A stretch of DNA of 64,000 nt from Narcine bancroftii (lineage: Eukaryota), in assembly GCF_036971445.1 (NCBI RefSeq), contig NC_091470.1, positions 142,042,001-142,106,000 of the forward strand, written 5' to 3'. The notes under the pieces are model-generated. The model was not told the origin of the DNA, ran no database searches, and worked only from the letters and a program-made list of their open reading frames with translations. Below are positions 61,744-64,000 of the stretch, one piece after another; position 1 is the stretch's first letter; every line of letters starts with the position of its first letter. A program made the position numbers and the translations under genes.

Positions 61744-62571
61744 TCTCCCAGCCTCATTCCCATCCTCAGCCCCATCCCCAGTCTCCTGTCCCATCCCACC
61801 CCCCCAATCCCATCCCCCAGCCCCATCTCCAGTCTCTCATCCCCAGTCTCCCATCCCCATTAGTAGAGATCAGGTTAAAACAGTAAATATTGTTGCAGCT
61901 TATTTTGAAAATGATTAAAACCCTTTGCCCCTGCTTCAGGAGTGAAAACAAAGAGGGCTGGAATACTCAGCATAAGGAGCAACGTCAAGTGTGAAAGAGA
62001 CAGTGAAGGTTTCACATCAATACTATCACCTGAAACATCAACCCTGTTTCTCTCTCCACAGCTGCTGCCTGACCAGCTCTTTCTGCTCTCGATGCAGAGG
62101 TGATATGTAGTGCAGCCAGTAGATCTGCTGCCTCACACTCCAGAGATCCAGTTTCAATCCTGGCTAGGCTCTATCTGGGTGGAGTTTGCATGCTCCCCCG
62201 TTGACTGCTGGGTTCCCTCCGAATGCTCATGTTTCCTCTCACATCCTAAAGACATGAGGGTTGATAGGATGATGAGCTGCTGGAATTTGGCCTCTGGTAA
62301 TGGGGTGAGTGGCTGTTGATGAGAATGTGTATGGCTGATATTCATTTGCGGGATCCTTGTGGTCTGCTGCAATGGTCCAAATTTGGACAGGCTGATGCTC
62401 ACTGGCCAATGGAGCAAGTTTGGTGTGATCAGACCCTTGACACAGGGGACAGGACTGGGGACGGGAGACTGGGGATGAGAGACTGGAGATGGGGCTGGGG
62501 GATGGGATTGGGGGGGTGGGATGGGACAGGAGACTGGGGATGGGGCTGAGGATGGGAATGAGGCTGGGAGA
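61744..62571. repeat. 116-bp inverted repeat pair (61744-61859 / 62456-62571)
   Basis: Arms are reverse complements with one mismatch by eye; spacer about 596 bp. Confidence 0.93.
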
Positions 62572-63499
62572 CTGAGATTTTCACTTTCTTATTTTCACTT
62601 TATGACCACTCTGGAACATATTTGTTTTCCCACAAGCTTTAATGTGTGTATGCTGTGAAGGCTCAGTGGCTGAACACTTCCCTGGTGTCCCTATAATCAC
62701 TCTCAAGCACTTGTTATTCAAGACACAGCACTGACACACTTCCCAATCCAGTTTAAGCACCCTAGAAGATTCAGTGTTGGTCTAGAGCACCAGAACAGAG
62801 AAGGTTCATGCACAACCATTATGCATCAATATATACAGATTAAAAATTACTTATTCATTCTTTGTGAATTTATAATCAGCATAATGCTATTGAATCACAA
62901 CATTCAGGCTGGCACTTTGCTGTAGGCTTTGGATTTAAGTTCCACTTTTAATTTGACTTTAAACAGGGTGGAATTTTCAACAGCATTGAAAGTAATTTCT
63001 TCCTGATGCATTGTATCCACAATCATGGTCGTGTTGGCTGTGGGGTTTGTGTACATTCAATACGTGCAGATTTCAATATAGTGCCATTTTAAAAATATTC
63101 ATCTAATTATCTCTCATTGTTCGGAAATACAAAGAAAGGTTTGAGCTGAATAAATTGAGGTGTGAGTTGTTAAAGTGGAAATTCTGTGAGGTGGGACAGG
63201 AGAGAAATTGACGGAAAGGACGAGAGACTTCACCAGAACCCAGTCAAATGTCTCCACCTGCAACATGACTTAACTTTGGAACTTGCACTGTTCCTGGCAT
63301 CAAGATGAGGTGTGACCTTGCTCCACTGGATTTATCCATTCCCTCCAGTTGCCTGCAAGCTAAAACAATACCCTCAGTGACAGCTTCAAGATTACATTGG
63401 AGAAACATTATCCTCATACCTTTCTCTCCTTGACAAAAGTTTTGTTACTGCTCCCACTACCTCAGCACCAGGCAGGATAGGGCTGGCCTGTTGCATCAG

Positions 63500-64000
63500 A
63501 TTTCAGATTTATTGTCAGAGTACATACATGACATCACATACAACCCTGAGATTCCTTTCTCCTGTGGGTGAAGCAGAATCACCACATATTGATAGTGCAA
63601 AACTTAACTGCACACAGTGTGAACGTAAACTGTAAACAGATAACAAATGCAAACAAACTGACTGTGCAATAAAGTGGACAAGTAAGAATCCTTAAATGAG
63701 TCCCTGATTGAGTTTGTTGTTGAGGAGTCTGATGGTGGAGGGGGAGCAGCAGTTCCTGAACCTGGGTGGTGTGAGTCTTGTGGCACCTCGAGCTCTTTCC
63801 TGATGCCAGCAGCGAGAACAGAGCGTGTTCTGATGGCAGCATTCCCAGTAAATGTTATTGATGGTGGGGAGGGCTTTGTCTCTCCCCACTCCCTTTTGGA
63901 CGGCTTTAAGCTCAGGGGTGTTGGTGTTCCCATTCCAGACTTTCCATCACATATCTGTAGAAATTTGCCAGGGTTTCTGATGTCAGACCAAACCTCCACA
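63500..64000 (-). mobile_element. Rex1-type LINE 3' fragment running off the window end
   Basis: HALFSLLASGKS..HKTHTT / RFRNCCSPSTIRLLN; cagatttattgtc tail. Confidence 0.75.

Noticed and set aside
50350-64000. A second host protein-coding gene in the distal part of the window
   Set aside because: No ORF or splice-bounded segment gave a recognisable non-transposon protein; very small exons cannot be excluded.

Overview
This is vertebrate nuclear DNA. The repeat inventory (Penelope, CR1, Rex1, RTE, L1, tRNA-type SINEs) suggests a cartilaginous fish, which is inference only. The window holds one complete protein-coding gene, SLC2A1/GLUT1, on the + strand. It has 10 coding exons (4473-25475), all introns GT-AG, and a 1479-nt spliced CDS giving 492 aa ending in DSQV, with a CpG-rich CRE/CCAAT promoter. 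The rest is mostly transposon-derived. The main elements are a degenerate Gypsy remnant abutting the promoter, three copies of a young RTE LINE, a CR1, an L1, three solo LTRs, hAT/MITE elements, and a two-LTR gamma/epsilon-like endogenous retrovirus (43290-50342, minus strand). The provirus has a tRNA-Pro PBS, partial gag, mostly lost pol and a still-open env TM remnant. Several homogeneous tandem arrays arose inside or at the junction of retroelements, most clearly an 83-bp array made of the 5' insertion junction of an L1. I found no CRISPR array, no prokaryotic operon and no provably new biological system. The best leads are the L1-junction satellite, the compact ERV with repeated 3' hairpins, twin G-rich arrays before a weak GLUT1 exon 9 acceptor, an orphan CpG-rich first-exon-like unit at about 28.9 kb, and a 116-bp near-perfect inverted repeat. 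All alignments and counts were done by eye, and boundaries of decayed repeats are approximate.
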